This document shows positions 26,095 through 38,300 of a stretch of 64,000 nucleotides of DNA, in pieces. The notes beneath the pieces are model-generated. The model saw nothing but the letters and a program-made list of their open reading frames with translations, made no database searches and was not told the origin of the DNA. The DNA lies in assembly GCF_023055435.1 (NCBI RefSeq), contig NW_025964383.1, positions 28,768,001 through 28,832,000 of the forward strand, read 5' to 3'. Positions within the stretch are counted from its first letter, which is position 1. Every line of letters starts with the position of its first letter. This DNA comes from Haliotis rufescens (Eukaryota). Made by a program: the position numbers and the translations under genes.

Positions 26095-28982
26095 ATGAAG
26101 GGCAAAATGAGAATTCTTCTGTCAGTGAAATTCTTTCTTTGGTTGCACCTTGCTCAAAACCTAAATGGTGAAGCAATTTCTCCAAGCAAGGCAATAACCC
26201 ATGGTGGACAGAAAGATGCCCAAAATGATGTTTATACCTCTCGATATGCGTACTTGTTGGAACTACAGAGTTCAATGGACATGTTGGAACAACGGCTGGG
26301 GCAAGAAATCTCGACAGTAGAGGAGGAAAACAAGAATGAAGAATGGGTCAACAAGAAACAGAGCGAAGTTAATCTTACAGGAAAGGCCAAGGGTAAATCC
26401 AACACAGTCTTAAATGAATGTATTTGAACATCTTGCTTTTAGGTAAAAGAACTTTATGTTATGATATAACACGGTATAATGTCAGCTATTTTACGATGTC
26501 ATGATCATAAGTGTTGGTTGGTTGGTTGGTCTGTTGTTTAACGCCGCCCTCAGCAATAATCCAGCTATATGACGGCGGTCTGAATAACCACTTCAGCGAT
26601 TAGACATGCTCAAACCAATTCGACAATGGCTACTAATCAAAGACATAAGAACCTAAATTGTTTTGATAACCGTGTTTTTAAAGACGTTTAAGAACTGTAA
26701 TATTGAATGATGTCAGCATGATCAAGAACTACTTGACTTGTTTCAGGGTTCTCAAACCGTAACTATGCTGGCGTGATACTTTCCTGTGAAGAGGACACAT
26801 CAGGTTTATGTGCAAGCCGTCAACATCCTGGTGTCTTCTACTACATTCGAGGTGGGAAAAAAGATGAAAAAGGTGAAAACATTATCTACGCATACGACAC
26901 CAATAAACGGTCAATTATCGTCGAGATCAGTTTGGATGCTGTCAACATTGACTGGGAAGATATCGCATGTGGTCCTTGTGATTCGGATGGATTTGGACAT
27001 TGTATTTATGTATCTGATACTGGACATACAGGAGAAGGTCCTGTTAATCTGATCTACAAGGTGCAGGAACCAGATGAGTTGCCAGAGGGACAGGACCTAT
27101 ATCTAGGGGAGGATGAAATAGACGTCATTAGCTTTGAGTAAGCTGATACATTATACTTACACAGTTTCGGGTAAACCCCATCCCACAAGTGTTCGATAGG
27201 GTTTAAATCAGGGCTGAGGGCTGGCCACGGTAGAACACGGATGTTGTATTGTAAAGGCCCGTGAAGATCCGGGGGTAGAATATATCTTCAGCAACCCATG
27301 CTTGTCGTAAAAGGAGACTACGCTTGTCGTAAGAGGCGACTTCGCTTGTGGTAAGAGGCGACTAACGGGATCGGGTGGTCAGGCTCGCTGACTTGGTTGA
27401 TGACGTCGGATCCCAGTGTCCCGGCTAATGTGTCGATATGTGTTCCTGTGGTCTATCGAGCACTTTCACTTGCAGTTAGGAACGGATGTCGCTGGTGTTG
27501 ACAGGTTTTCTGCCGATCTTGTCGAGGTGTGGTGACCCTAGGACGACCGCTCCGAGGAAGGTCATCTGTGGTCCGTGTAGCATTGTATCGATGCAGGAGA
27601 CGGTAAAATGTGGTTATGTTAACGTTGAAATGACGGGCAACATTCTGGAAGACTCACCAGCTTCCAAACGTCCGATAGCCTGGTTTCTCTGAATTTGAGT
27701 TAGGCGTGGCATTGTTGACCAAGGAGTGGTAGGTCCAAGAATCGGCCCCAGTTTTATACCCACTACAGTTCGTGACAGTTCCTGCATTTTCGATTTCGCG
27801 AGAAATGGGTGCATGATACCCACATATTCATTGTAATGGTGCGTTTTGGCGATTCGTTTTTTATGTTGCGTTTTTACTCGGGGTTTCCAAAATGCAACCA
27901 AAAATATTGATAACACCATCAGGCTTCACTACAGGGGGGGGCAATCACAGAGTTTGAACTTATTCTTTTGGTCATGTTACAGACGATTATATGTATTCTA
28001 TGGGAAAAGATTTTGGTATAAAAATTAATGACGGTCATAATGTCCTGATCACCCTTTGGTTGTGATGAAAACGGCGATTTTTACTTATAGCCAAAACTAG
28101 AATGTTTTGTTTGTTTCTTTGTCATCATCATCATCATCATCATCATGTTTGTTGTTTAACGCCGCACTCAGCAATATTCCAGCTATATGACGGTGCTCTG
28201 TAATTAATCGAGTTTTGATCAGACAATCCAGTGCATGACATCATAAGCATCAACGAGTCTGACCACCCGATGCCGATTACGACAAGCATTACAAGAATGC
28301 ACAGCAATTGATAATATATAAGTTCATATAACTGCGTTATCATTGTCGTCAATTTGCGATTGTGTATTTCAACAAGTGATATTGGTAAATAAACAGTAAA
28401 GTTCAATTTTTAAGGAAAAATATTCCTTCTGATGCCAAGAAATCTTTTGAATTTCTGATAAGGTATTCATTTTGATGATGTTTCAGATCCACCTTGAAAA
28501 ATAGTAAGACACTCATGGTTTCACCAAGAGGAAGAATCTTTCTCATGGATTATTACAAAAAACCTGGAAGATTTTATGAAATCATTGAAAATGAAGCTAA
28601 ACACCTCTTTGATGTTGCCTTACCCAAGGGCAACTCACGCCACGCTCCGAGTAGTGGCGATATATCTTCAGATGGTAAAGGATTCCTCATCATGTTCAAA
28701 AAGAAGGTATTCTACTGGTATGTTCACGCAGAAGAAGATATGGAAAAGGTCCTCACCGATTCCAAACAGTCCATGCAACTCCCTTATTGGATAGAACTAT
28801 CGGGCGAATCAGTTGCATGGAGTCTTGATGGGGCATCCTACTTTACAGTCTCTGCAGGCTGTAACGAACCACTATTTCGATATGAGAGACTTGATCATGC
28901 CACAACCGCAGATTATGATGACGATGAATATGGCGCTGAGAAGACTGCGATTCATCGTTTAGGTTTTCTTTTCTTTGGGTAG
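26095..28982 (+). CDS. Secreted bacterial-like beta-propeller protein, paralogue 3 (~394 aa, most diverged)
   Basis: Exons 26095-26392, 26747-27137 and 28487-28982 (1185 nt, open frame). Confidence 0.88.
27175..27712 (-). mobile_element. Decayed Tc1-family transposase fragments in intron 2 of paralogue 3, interrupted by a family R element (27256-27400)
   Basis: N-terminal MPRLTQIQRNQAIGRLEAGES (ATG at 27712) and DDE-region fragment IRVLPWPALSPDLNPIEHLWD at ~27177-27253. Confidence 0.85.
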
Positions 28983-29667
28983 GCATAATAATATGTACCT
29001 CAGAATTTTGCAATGATCATCTTTATCTTTAAACATCATACCTGAGGTGACTTCTTACCATTGGTTCAGAGATACAGTGATCCTGCAGATATTATATTGT
29101 GTAATAAAGACTTGCCCGTCAATGTTATACACAATAATATATATTTCAACATTGACTACAAGTTGTAGCTAATTCCTTCACACCGATCTACCCACCTGAC
29201 CTAGCAATAAAACATCTCATATGTTTCATAGTTCGATTTATGCATTAATATTGTGAGCGACAACAAAACTTTCCACACGACTGTATGACACGATATGACT
29301 AAGTTTTCCCTTTTTGTCGAGCATTATTCCCGTAGCTCCAGCCTATGTCTATATTTCACTTTTGAGGTACACTCGTGCAAGCTCTATCTTTACAACGATT
29401 TCAAAGAGCGTCTTACGATTCTTGCTCAAAAGTCGCTTGATAAGGGTTACAGCATTCGAAATCTTAGTTTAGCTTTCAAGAAATTGTTTGGCGGAGAGCA
29501 TTTCCAAAGTTGACGATCAGTGACAAAAATGATCATCAAAGCAATTCATCAGTCTAATTACCAAATGTTCTCGTGTTTGTTCAAGTGAAGACTTGACGTG
29601 CATTTGTATGCTCTTGTCACGGAAGCCACCGCTAGGACAGGCTACGATCACCGTTTTGCGAGCACCA

Positions 29668-32330
29668 GGGTGCACTTACATAAAGCGATCTTAGCGCTAC
29701 AACTATTGTCGATCCTTAAGACTTCGGCTACAATCGCCATTCACTTGCACAAAGCGATTGTAGGTTAAGATCATCGAAAGCTTCAATCGAAACTTACAAT
29801 TGGTCCGGAGTAGCTAAGATCGCTGTCGTCCCTGAATAAACTTGACAAAATGGCGTGCAAGACAGGGTCTGTTTCACATAAATAATCTGCTTTACATTCA
29901 ATCACCCTCTTTATTTTGTTAAACTGAATGATTCGAATCGACACTTCAACAACACGAAGAACGCACTTCAGATTTTACGTCAGAAATATCGTTAATTTCG
30001 ATGGTGAACCACATAACCATCGTGTTGAGAGCTAAAAGTAGTATTCCCACCCGTCTCAAGGCTGAAAGAAGGGTGGAACAACATACCTTTTCGCTTATCA
30101 AGGAGAGGAGAAAATAGAGAATTCTGTTTGAAAACAAAACAGCACCGACGCTCAAGATCCTTTTGGAAGAAGTTTCTTCAACTTATGAGAATTCAAGCGC
30201 CATGTTGTCAGTACGCAGGACACCTATAAGAAAATTTGAAAAGTCACATTAGCGCCGCGCTTTGAATATCGGACCAACAGTCGGTCACTCGCACTGTCGG
30301 GGTCCCGTCTGTGCATTCAAAATGGTTCGGTTTCCTTGATCTATCAGCTGAATTTATATCATGTCCGTACCATTTTGGAAGAGGGAAATCAGAGTACTCG
30401 CCAAAGACATTCATGTTTACTGTACCACCCTTTACTGAAGACGTAAAAATCAACACGCTCAAGTCTGCTTGCATGTCAGCTTCGAACGAAGGGCAAGGTC
30501 ACCACTGGAATGAAAAAAGACAACCGTGATCTACTCAGCGTTTTACGCTAGTTTTGGGCCACATAATCAGAAATCAGGCATACTTCTACGGAGTTTTCGA
30601 ATGATTTGTATCGGAAATGTTCACTTTGAGTGATCTGGTTGTGCAGTCGTGAACAAACAACTCCCGAAACAGTGCCACAAAATACGCTCCGAAGAGGACA
30701 CTGATGGCACAACCGGACCATCCCAAGTAAGTCTAGATATCTGTCCAGATAGTTTAAACTGACTTCATTTCACCACGCTTATCCATTTACGTTAAATCAA
30801 ATTGGAAGTTGCGAAATTAGTCGGGTGCGTCACGCTCAATGGGACCCTCGATCTATTGAACGGTAGTCGTATATTGTAAATGGATATAGCTCGATTATAT
30901 AATGTCTGTGGAAGCTCAATGCATTACTTATATAGGATGCAAACCGAATTTGATGCGTGTGACAATCTTGTTTTGTTTAATAGAGTGTTTGTTAACATCC
31001 CTCGCTCACATATGAGATTGCTTCAGTTCTGCCCTGTAGTTGCAAAATGAATGACGTCTCGCGAATTTTTATGAATGAAAAAAATAGTCCCGGTGTGACA
31101 GAGGTCACGGTTATCCAATCAAAACGAATAAAACAAGGTCAAACTTGACGTGTGACGTACGAATTTAGTCTCTTACCACCTGTATTTTCACCACGTGGGT
31201 AATAAAAACCTAAGTCGTCTGCAATCGATTTGTAACGTCCGTGACCTTTCGGATAATTCAAGGGCAGCTAATCATAGTTTATACTCAAGATGGGAGTGGT
31301 TCCCCTTTGTATAAGCCCGTAGAGTAGAATCTACCTTGCCCAGTGTATTGATGATGTAGAATTGCTGAGCTCCCCCTGTATTTCTTTTGGGTCACATTCG
31401 TGACGGGGACGAGTGGAATCAATATCTGAATTTAAAAGAAAAAATACAAGTATTCATCAAACAAGCAAATACACAGGATGAGACCTTTGAGATTTATGTA
31501 CATTTATCCCATAAATAGCAAAAGTGAAATTCACACTTTTTAAAAAATATAATTTATACCCAGTGAATAGATTTTAAACAACTGCTTTCTCGAAACATTC
31601 TTCATTATTTTTATTTCCCGTCCATGCATTCTTGAAATCCTTTCTGTGTTTTGAAAAGGAAATCATAACATCCTTTGTTTTAAGCAGCGAAACGAAACAA
31701 TTGAAGGATATATTTTTTATCTTTCGAAAAGCTCCCCATTACAGATGGTCATACATTTACTTGTTATGTTATTAGGACATATTATTATATATTTCATTTT
31801 CATAATAATTATGTCACAAACATGAGCATGACGCATGTAAGGTACACTGTGAAGGGTGCTCACCTTGTCTGCCATGTTCACCCTCCTAAATTATGTATTT
31901 ATCCGTATTTCAATACTTTAAATACAACATGAGTCGGTGTTCAATAGTCAATGAGTCAAGTTGCAATATCAAACAATTCCTAAATCACGACAGTGTTAAT
32001 GCCGACAAAAATATATGCCGTCCTTTTAGTAATCGTTTCCTTCAAATAATTGGGACCTAAAACTGCTAAAACTGTGCAAGGTGCGATGGAGGGAGGTACT
32101 GTTGTGTGCCGTTACCGGTTCCACTTATTGTATGCGCAGCAAGCTTGCAGACAACTGTAGACAGTAGTCGAGTTAAGGATAATCCCAGCTCCACCGTTGA
32201 AGATTTTGAACGCACTCTTAAATCCAAGCCGTCTTACAATCGCGCCAAGATCGGTTAGTGCAATTGGAATAGTACAATTGTATGGTGATTGTAAAGTTGA
32301 TTGGAGCCGCCTTGATTCAGTGCGACTTTA
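29668..32330. mobile_element. Probable old Harbinger-like DNA transposon remnant
   Basis: Replaces the expected paralogous flank. Starts GGGTGCACTTACATAAAGCGATCTTAG, has a degenerate inverted echo near 32245-32265 and a decayed Myb/SANT-like stretch at ~30090-30245. Boundaries are uncertain. Confidence 0.35.
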
Positions 32331-34001
32331 GACAACAAACAAACAACAGCAATATTCCAGCTATATGACGGCGGTCTGTAAATAATCGAGTCTGACCCAG
32401 ACAATCCATTGATTGACATTATGAGCATCGATCTACGCAATGGCAAACACCGGTACGAAACAGCGGCCCAGGGGGCGCTGCGGAATTTCCGTCCTTGTTG
32501 CTAGCTCCGTATGCTATTGTTTACATACAAAATGCCTTCGCGCTGTTGCGTACCGCAATGTGACAGTCGTTCTGACGGCCACGGTTTTCCTCAAGATCCG
32601 GATATTTGCATAAAATGGCGTGTGGCGATTAGAAGAGAGGATCCGGCATCCAAGAAATTATGGAAACCAAGTCCATACTCAGTGGTTTGTCGTAATCACT
32701 TCCTTGACAGCGACTACAAGCCATCGGACACTGGTAAGCGTCATTAGCAACGAAGTTAGTAACCGAATGAACGGACTGATGTTATTTTTGTCCTTTACCT
32801 CAGAATCTGGTATTGGTGACCTACCAAATGCAATACAATATTCAGTAATTTTGATATGTAAATCAATCATGAATATAGTGTATTAGTCACGGTATGTTTT
32901 TTTTTTATCTGGGTGCACAATATTGGGCTCACCCAAATATTGGCAGAAAAAAATATGTCAGTCGTCCTCTGTGCCGCATTTTACTGAAATAAATAATATT
33001 TTTGGTCCTAATATTAATTATATGTATTGCTATGAAGGACTTTCAGTCAATTCTTTTTTACGTGTTTAATTAAATTTTACATAATTAGAATCTATTTAAA
33101 TTATTCCCACCCTGAAGTTATGCCAGTCTTGAGTAGGCTTATATGCAAAAAACTGTTGAAGTGGATGTTCTATCTATTTAGGAGTAGACCAAATATAGTT
33201 CTATTACTATTATAGAGTTCTATACTATTAAATGAAGTTATCTTAATAATAATAATATTATTTCATTACCGTAAATTTGTCCCAACTAAAATAAACACCT
33301 TTTTTAAAATTCTGCTCAATGTTTTGGAATAATTTGCTTATGTCCTCATTGATAATATTTGTTCATGAATTTACCATGTTTATTGTTATTATGTGAACAA
33401 TAACTAAATTCCTTATTACGATAAAACCTTAATTGACGATATTTTGAAATAATTCTATATATTTTATTTTCAGGAAAGAAAAGACGATTGAAGAGGGGTG
33501 CAATACCAACAGTGAAAGTGAATGAACCAAGGAAACCTAGACACTATGTTATAGATGTGGAAGATGTTCCTGATCTGGGAAGTGAGGTTGAAATTTGTTC
33601 ACCAGGATGCGATGAAATTATTTGTCAGTCATATGCTGTTGATCATACAGAAGATGTGGCCATACAGTGCAGCTTGTTGTTTGAATCGAACTCCAGATTC
33701 TCGATTCATCACATAACTGATAATGACAAAGCAGTTTTGTATTACACTGGTTTTGACAATTATGATCATTTTATGTATTTCTTTCATGTACTTGGCCCCT
33801 CTGTCAATCATCTTTCATATCAGTGTTCTTTGATACCACCAGAAGATCAGCTTTTTATGACTTTGTTAAAATTCAGACAGGCAAGAGATGATTTTGACCT
33901 TTCCATGTTGTTTCATATCAGTGAAAGTACTGTATCAACATTAATTCTCACATGGACAAACTTTTTGTACTTCTGTAACCAGGGTTACCAGGGTTACCGC
34001 A

Positions 34002-34356
34002 CAGGTAGACTGACCAGAATGATGGATGAGGACTGTATAGCAAGTGTTTCTCTGATACATGGGACCTAACAAGCTGAGTTTGGTAAATACCATCACTAAT
34101 GAACGTATAGAGCTACCCAGGAAGGTATCTCTATCATGGGTTAAGGCAGGTAGACTGACCAGAATGATGGATGAGGACTACACAGCAAGTGTTTCTCTGA
34201 TACATGGAAAATAACAAGCCGAGTTTGATAAATACCATCACTAATGAGCGTATAGAGCTACCCAGGAAGGTATCTCTATCATGGGTTAAGGCAGGTAGAC
34301 TGACCAGAATGATGGATGAGGAATACATAGCAATTGTTTCTCTGATACATGGGAAC
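34002..34356. repeat. 145-bp tandem repeat, ~2.4 copies, at the deletion junction of the LTR element
   Basis: CAGGTAGACTGACCAGAATGATGGATGAGG at 34002, 34147 and 34292. Confidence 0.95.
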
Positions 34357-34509
34357 GTACAATATCCCATAGTTGTTAACGAATCGGGTAGACCTTCTGC
34401 TCCACTATCTTGCACCGTCGCTACTCAAACAGCTGCTGTTGGGGATGTAAAATTAATTTATCCGTCAGTTCCGCAGAGACCAGAGAGCATTGAAATGTCA
34501 CAGTTTTAG
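34204..34509 (+). pseudogene. C-terminal remnant of the retroelement's penultimate ORF (possibly env cytoplasmic region)
   Basis: Open frame ending ...RPSAPLSCTVATQT...LIYPSVPQRPESIEMSQF*, placed where env would end; the 5' part is lost in the deletion. Confidence 0.45.
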
Positions 34510-35522
34510 AAATCTAAGTGATCTCAGACATACTAGTGTCCTCTTGTACAAATGTTGATGTTATATTGTATTCAAAGATGTTGATTAGACCAGATGTTGA
34601 TTAGACCAGATGTTGATTATATTATAGATGTTGTATACATGAATATATGGTATACAAATGTGTGTACTTATGAATTGATGATAAAATGTATTGAATTTAT
34701 GAGAGAAGATATATCTGTTATATGTTACAGGTATATTGAATAAGGTGCATTGCATTGCATCGCAGGTTGTTTTGTGATTGTTTAAAAATGTATACTGTAT
34801 TGGTAGATGCAGATGTTATATACAGAAATATTTGTGAGCAATTTTACTGATAGAAATATGTATGTTGTGGCATGTTTGATGTCTTCAATACTTGTTGATG
34901 GACCGTAACCATCAAAAAGGGAACATTGGGTAGTACCCTATATAAATGCATGCTCAGAAATGTAACATTAAGTTGATGTTGTGTTGAAAAAAAAATATAG
35001 TAATCTGTTGTGTGTTTTAAATTGAGGTGTTGATTATGAAGCATGATATAGATACTGTAGCTATTTGCTTTGAAGTAGTTAAAATGATACCTAAACAAAA
35101 TGAATGTTCTCAACGTATATAATATACCGTAGTCTACATACTGGCAAGTTATGCAAAAACCTAATCAGTCTGATTGCAAATGTAAATAGAACTGCTTGGC
35201 CGCAATCAGACTATACGCTTTAAACGTGCCATGATAGTTCACGGGGGTTTGGTGTGGCTAGCTCGTACCCCGAAGTTTAGTGCAATTTGTGATATCGTTT
35301 GTGATTCCAATTATCTCTTTAGAGCATATCGCATACAATTACGCATATTTCACTTATCGCTTATCACGCACTTGCTTGGCTAGTCACCGGTCGTTGACCA
35401 CAGGGGTACACCTCCAATAGTTAGACGTCCGTGTAAGACATTGTTGTGTCCTGCTATATATATCTCAGTATTGTGAGTAATTATATTGTATTTAGTTATC
35501 ATCAATTACCTATAGACTAAAA

Positions 35523-36926
35523 ATGAACAGAAATAGGATTACTGGTGCTTTTAAAAATTCCACCAATCATGGTGAAACTGTCACCATTATGCAGAGACAG
35601 GTGAGGACATGGGCTGAATGGTCCTTGTTCTTTGCACAACTGTTGACTTTAAGTGAAGTTGACATGCCTGAAGTTATTTATTTAGAGGTACCAGAACTGA
35701 TATCTCCATATATTCATGAGGAGATTTTGGCAATCTTCGCTTATGATTTAAAGGAACCTATTTTCGACAACCGGTTGCCCATCGCCACCACTATGAAAAA
35801 TAGACGGTACCGAAAATTTCAAATTCGACCCATAACCATGGTCATATATGGGATGTATTTCGGCTTCTTTGATATTGTTAAGTTGGGATTAGTCGGCATG
35901 TTGACACCGTCTAATGTAGGAGATTCTTTAATCATATGTTATGCTTCACCCTATCGAAAAAAATTGATGCCCTTCTATGCTTACTTGCGAGGAGCTGGGT
36001 ATACTACTGATCAAGTAAATAAGTTTTGTGTATTTGGGGATGAAGGTAATTTAAACATTCAGCTTAGGTTGCGGTGGACACCACTTGCCCACAATGATCA
36101 TTTCCCTTTCCACAATACCTGGAAAAGGTGTGGATATTGCCTGGAGGACTTGCTTGATGTAGACCCTTATGCAAGTAAGGGCTACGAAGTACAGCATTGT
36201 GCGTGGTGTAAACGCATGTACCATGCAACATGTGCCATGCATGTGTTGATTATTTCCAAAAAGGTCAAGTTTGTGTTAAGGGATAGTATTGCTGGCACAT
36301 TAGGCAGGATGACAGAACAGGACAATGGACATTTGTTTGTTGATAGCAATAATGCACTTCGGTGTGAAGTATGTCAGGTTAGGATGGATGCTAATATACG
36401 AGGGGATATATCAGATACTCTGGCACTACCCTATTTTGAGGCCCAAAGAAGGTCCGGGACTACCACCAGCTATGCTTGTGAGGTGGTCCGAAGTTTATTT
36501 CCAGATGGCATGGCATTTGGAATGATAGGGAATGAGTTCCAATTCCTCATTCCAGAACTCCAGATGGACGATCCTCTCGAACATCAGGACTTTTATGCAA
36601 CCATCTCAGAATATCAGTTAGAATTTCCTAACGCTTCGGAAAGTCAAACTTTCCACTATCGGACTTGTAGGGATGAGCAGCCTCATTCTACAAGATGGTG
36701 GAGAGCCGCTTTCCTCGTAAATTTTTCTCATTTGATGGTACATCACTGGCCTTATTCAGACCAGTTTATTCGAGGTGGATTTTTCCCAATAAGAGCAAGT
36801 CCACCTCCTGTTGTGGTCCCTAATATACAGGTAGTTGATAGTGACAGTGACAGCGAAAGTGACGCTTCATCAGACTCAGGTCTACACTTTAGAGTTAACC
36901 CTGACGACTTGGACTGGTTAATCTAG
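35523..36926 (+). CDS. Intact intronless 467-aa accessory ORF of the LTR element with a C4HC3 (PHD/RING-CH-like) finger and an acidic SIM-like C-terminus
   Basis: ATG to TAG, 1404 nt in AT-rich DNA. Pattern CGYC-x19-CAWC-x4-H-x2-C-x43-CEVC; tail IQVVDSDSDSESDASSDS. A TATA-like CTATATATAT lies ~65 bp upstream. Confidence 0.85.
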   Translation: MNRNRITGAFKNSTNHGETVTIMQRQVRTWAEWSLFFAQLLTLSEVDMPEVIYLEVPELISPYIHEEILAIFAYDLKEPIFDNRLPIATTMKNRRYRKFQIRPITMVIYGMYFGFFDIVKLGLVGMLTPSNVGDSLIICYASPYRKKLMPFYAYLRGAGYTTDQVNKFCVFGDEGNLNIQLRLRWTPLAHNDHFPFHNTWKRCGYCLEDLLDVDPYASKGYEVQHCAWCKRMYHATCAMHVLIISKKVKFVLRDSIAGTLGRMTEQDNGHLFVDSNNALRCEVCQVRMDANIRGDISDTLALPYFEAQRRSGTTTSYACEVVRSLFPDGMAFGMIGNEFQFLIPELQMDDPLEHQDFYATISEYQLEFPNASESQTFHYRTCRDEQPHSTRWWRAAFLVNFSHLMVHHWPYSDQFIRGGFFPIRASPPPVVVPNIQVVDSDSDSESDASSDSGLHFRVNPDDLDWLI

Positions 36927-37340
36927 GGAGTACTAAGGATACATGATTAGGACATTGATGATAAGTTGTTAGTTGGTGTTGTGATTTGTTGTGCCTGAAG
37001 AAAAAAAAAAATGCTCATATGTCTATATATATATACCTGAAGTTAAGCGTTGAGAATCTGACTATCTGCATCTACCGAAGAAATTTTTTTTTATAAACCT
37101 GAAACCTTTACAAAGAATGATAATTTGATTATATCTTAATAAGCTTCAGATGTTATTCTCAGATAGGTACAACCCAAGACAGATCCTATCTGAGACATTA
37201 CTTTGTAAAATTTTATTATATTGATTTATCTGGTCCTCAGATACATACATACACATCTTGTTACATATTGATATTGTACCATTGTATTTACATCTTATAT
37301 TTTATTATCATTGGTCAATCGCATGGGACATGCTCTACAA

Positions 37341-37353
37341 CGGGAAGGGCATG
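37341..37353 (+). other. Polypurine tract-like sequence abutting the 3' LTR
   Basis: CGGGAAGGGCATG immediately before TGTAACCAGGGT. Confidence 0.7.
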
Positions 37354-38300
37354 TGTAACCAGGGTATTTTGGAAAAAGGGTTTTTAATATTTACTTAAAA
37401 TGTAGTTTACTAAATTGAGCTTTTGGGTAAAATATGGATGCATATGAGAGAAGTGACCGTACGGGGTGAGGGCATAACCCCCAGGGCAAATGATTATCGA
37501 TTTTACTTCTCTTAGTGATAGAGATAACATTTTCATTAGTACAATGAAATTAGCAGAATCTGGTCTTGCAATATAAGTATCAGAGGGGAAATGAATGGAT
37601 GGAACAAACTGTCAGTCTTGAAATGATCGAATATTTCTCACTACTACTGCTTGATTGGAATGTCTGATTAACATGATTAAGCATCTTTAAGACGCTTTCC
37701 AGTCTGACAGAGTGTTGGATTTTTGTCATAAAGAGGTTGAATTATGAGTATGTTATTAAGAGTTTATCGGTTGACCAATGAGTTAGGAAATTAGCTGAAG
37801 GTTTGGTTTAGAAGGGCTTGATAGAAGAACTGATTGGAACGGAAATTGGGGTTCATATGGAGGGGAGCGTTAGGACTCATTTCACATGACGTCAAATACT
37901 ATTTCGGTGTGGGGAGCAAAAATTATCATGGATAGTATTTAGGGAGTTGTCCGAGAGTGGTGCGGGGAGTCGGGAGGAGACAGCTGAACAGAAAGGTTCA
38001 CTGTGATTTTGGGATCCCGAGTCAGAAAAGAAGTAGAGGTAACGTTCATCAGAAAAACCATCAGGCTCTTCAACCATCATATAGGTATGTGTTGTATTTA
38101 TATCAGGCAACAACAAGAACTAATCTGAGGACCATGTGTACATGTTTATGATTAATTCTATCATAAATAAAAAGAGGCTGGAGCAAACCATCGGACTTGT
38201 GATTTTCAAGAGAGCTACATCATCCCTAGAACCAAGGAGTAGTTGATAGGTAGAAGTGACCATAGGTAGAAGGGTAAAGTACCCGGAACCTAAGGTTACA
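37354..38300 (+). repeat. 3' LTR (947 bp)
   Basis: TGTAACC...GGTTACA inverted termini; first 12 bp identical to 33974-33985; TATA-like TATTTATAT at ~38095 and AATAAA at ~38166. Confidence 0.85.

Larger units (their letters stand above)
33974..38300 (+). mobile_element. Internally deleted LTR retroelement (Gypsy/Ty3-like) nested in the transposase
   Basis: 4-bp TSD CTTC (33970-33973 and 38301-38304); termini TGTAACC...GGTTACA. Only the first 12 bp of the 5' LTR remain. A purine tract precedes the 3' LTR. No gag/pol is visible. Confidence 0.88.

Noticed and set aside
33974-38300. Ginger-type DNA transposon interpretation (TGT...ACA, 4-bp TSD)
   Set aside because: The inverted match is only 7 bp and no integrase is present. 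The internal PPT plus a second TGTAACCAGGGT start fits LTR structure better.
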